DNA of 64,000 bases from Azolla caroliniana (taxonomy: Eukaryota; Plantae; Polypodiophyta): positions 12,834,001 through 12,898,000 of the forward strand of contig JBHGNT010000018.1 in NCBI GenBank assembly GCA_043228905.1, in the 5' to 3' direction. The stretch's first letter is position 1, and each line of letters begins with the position of its first letter. Under the pieces are notes generated by a model that searched no databases, had not been told where the DNA came from, and was given only the letters and a program-made list of their open reading frames with translations. The position numbers and the translations under genes are program-made. This document shows, one piece after another, positions 63,901-64,000 of the stretch.

Positions 63901-64000
63901 TCTCGAAGGCTCGTGCAATCCCTTCTCATGTGGTCCATGCTATCGCACCACACGCATCTAAAGGGTTCTCTTGCTTTGGGGCCCCGACGATTCATGTTGG
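57931..64000 (-). mobile_element. autonomous-type non-chromovirus gypsy (Trp-primed family): gag-PR, RT, RH, INT, PPT, 3' LTR 57931-59045; continues beyond the window
   Basis: CVWCDSMDH knuckle, VALIDHGSEINLM protease, FLDDI RT, VDTS RH, HRG..YWWP..C..C and AYNPEANGKIER integrase; PPT and terminus identical in type to 10990-11020. Confidence 0.92.
59118..62620 (-). pseudogene. pol (RT-RH-INT) with frameshifts
   Basis: ORFs 61103-62545, 60764-61039, 59553-60821 and 59118-59540. Confidence 0.88.

Overview
This is land-plant nuclear DNA, probably a non-seed plant such as a fern or lycophyte (inferred from Tcn1-like chromoviruses and element content; not certain). The only host gene is a class II trehalose-6-phosphate synthase/phosphatase (minus strand, 4 coding exons, 24917-28367, about 881 aa). 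The rest is mostly nested retroelements: two Tcn1-like self-priming Ty3/gypsy elements, a large family of tRNA-Trp-primed gypsy elements and solo LTRs (TGTCGTGAAG...CTTCACGACA termini), one full-length and two partial Ty1/copia elements, a near full-length LINE, and a BED-finger DNA-transposon remnant. Five observations stand out. (1) About 16-20 tRNA-like A-box/B-box modules sit mostly at fixed positions inside the LTRs of two unrelated gypsy lineages, often beside a shared GCCAAGTGGC/RY-rich cassette. (2) The exact 3'-terminal 666 nt of 18S rRNA sit in sense orientation inside a copia RNase H region. (3) The Trp-primed family makes 4-bp TSDs centred on CpG. (4) A G_GAU_UUU -1 frameshift site lies between protease and RT. 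(5) The TPS gene has an extra intron. All comparisons were made by eye, and boundaries of degenerate elements are approximate.
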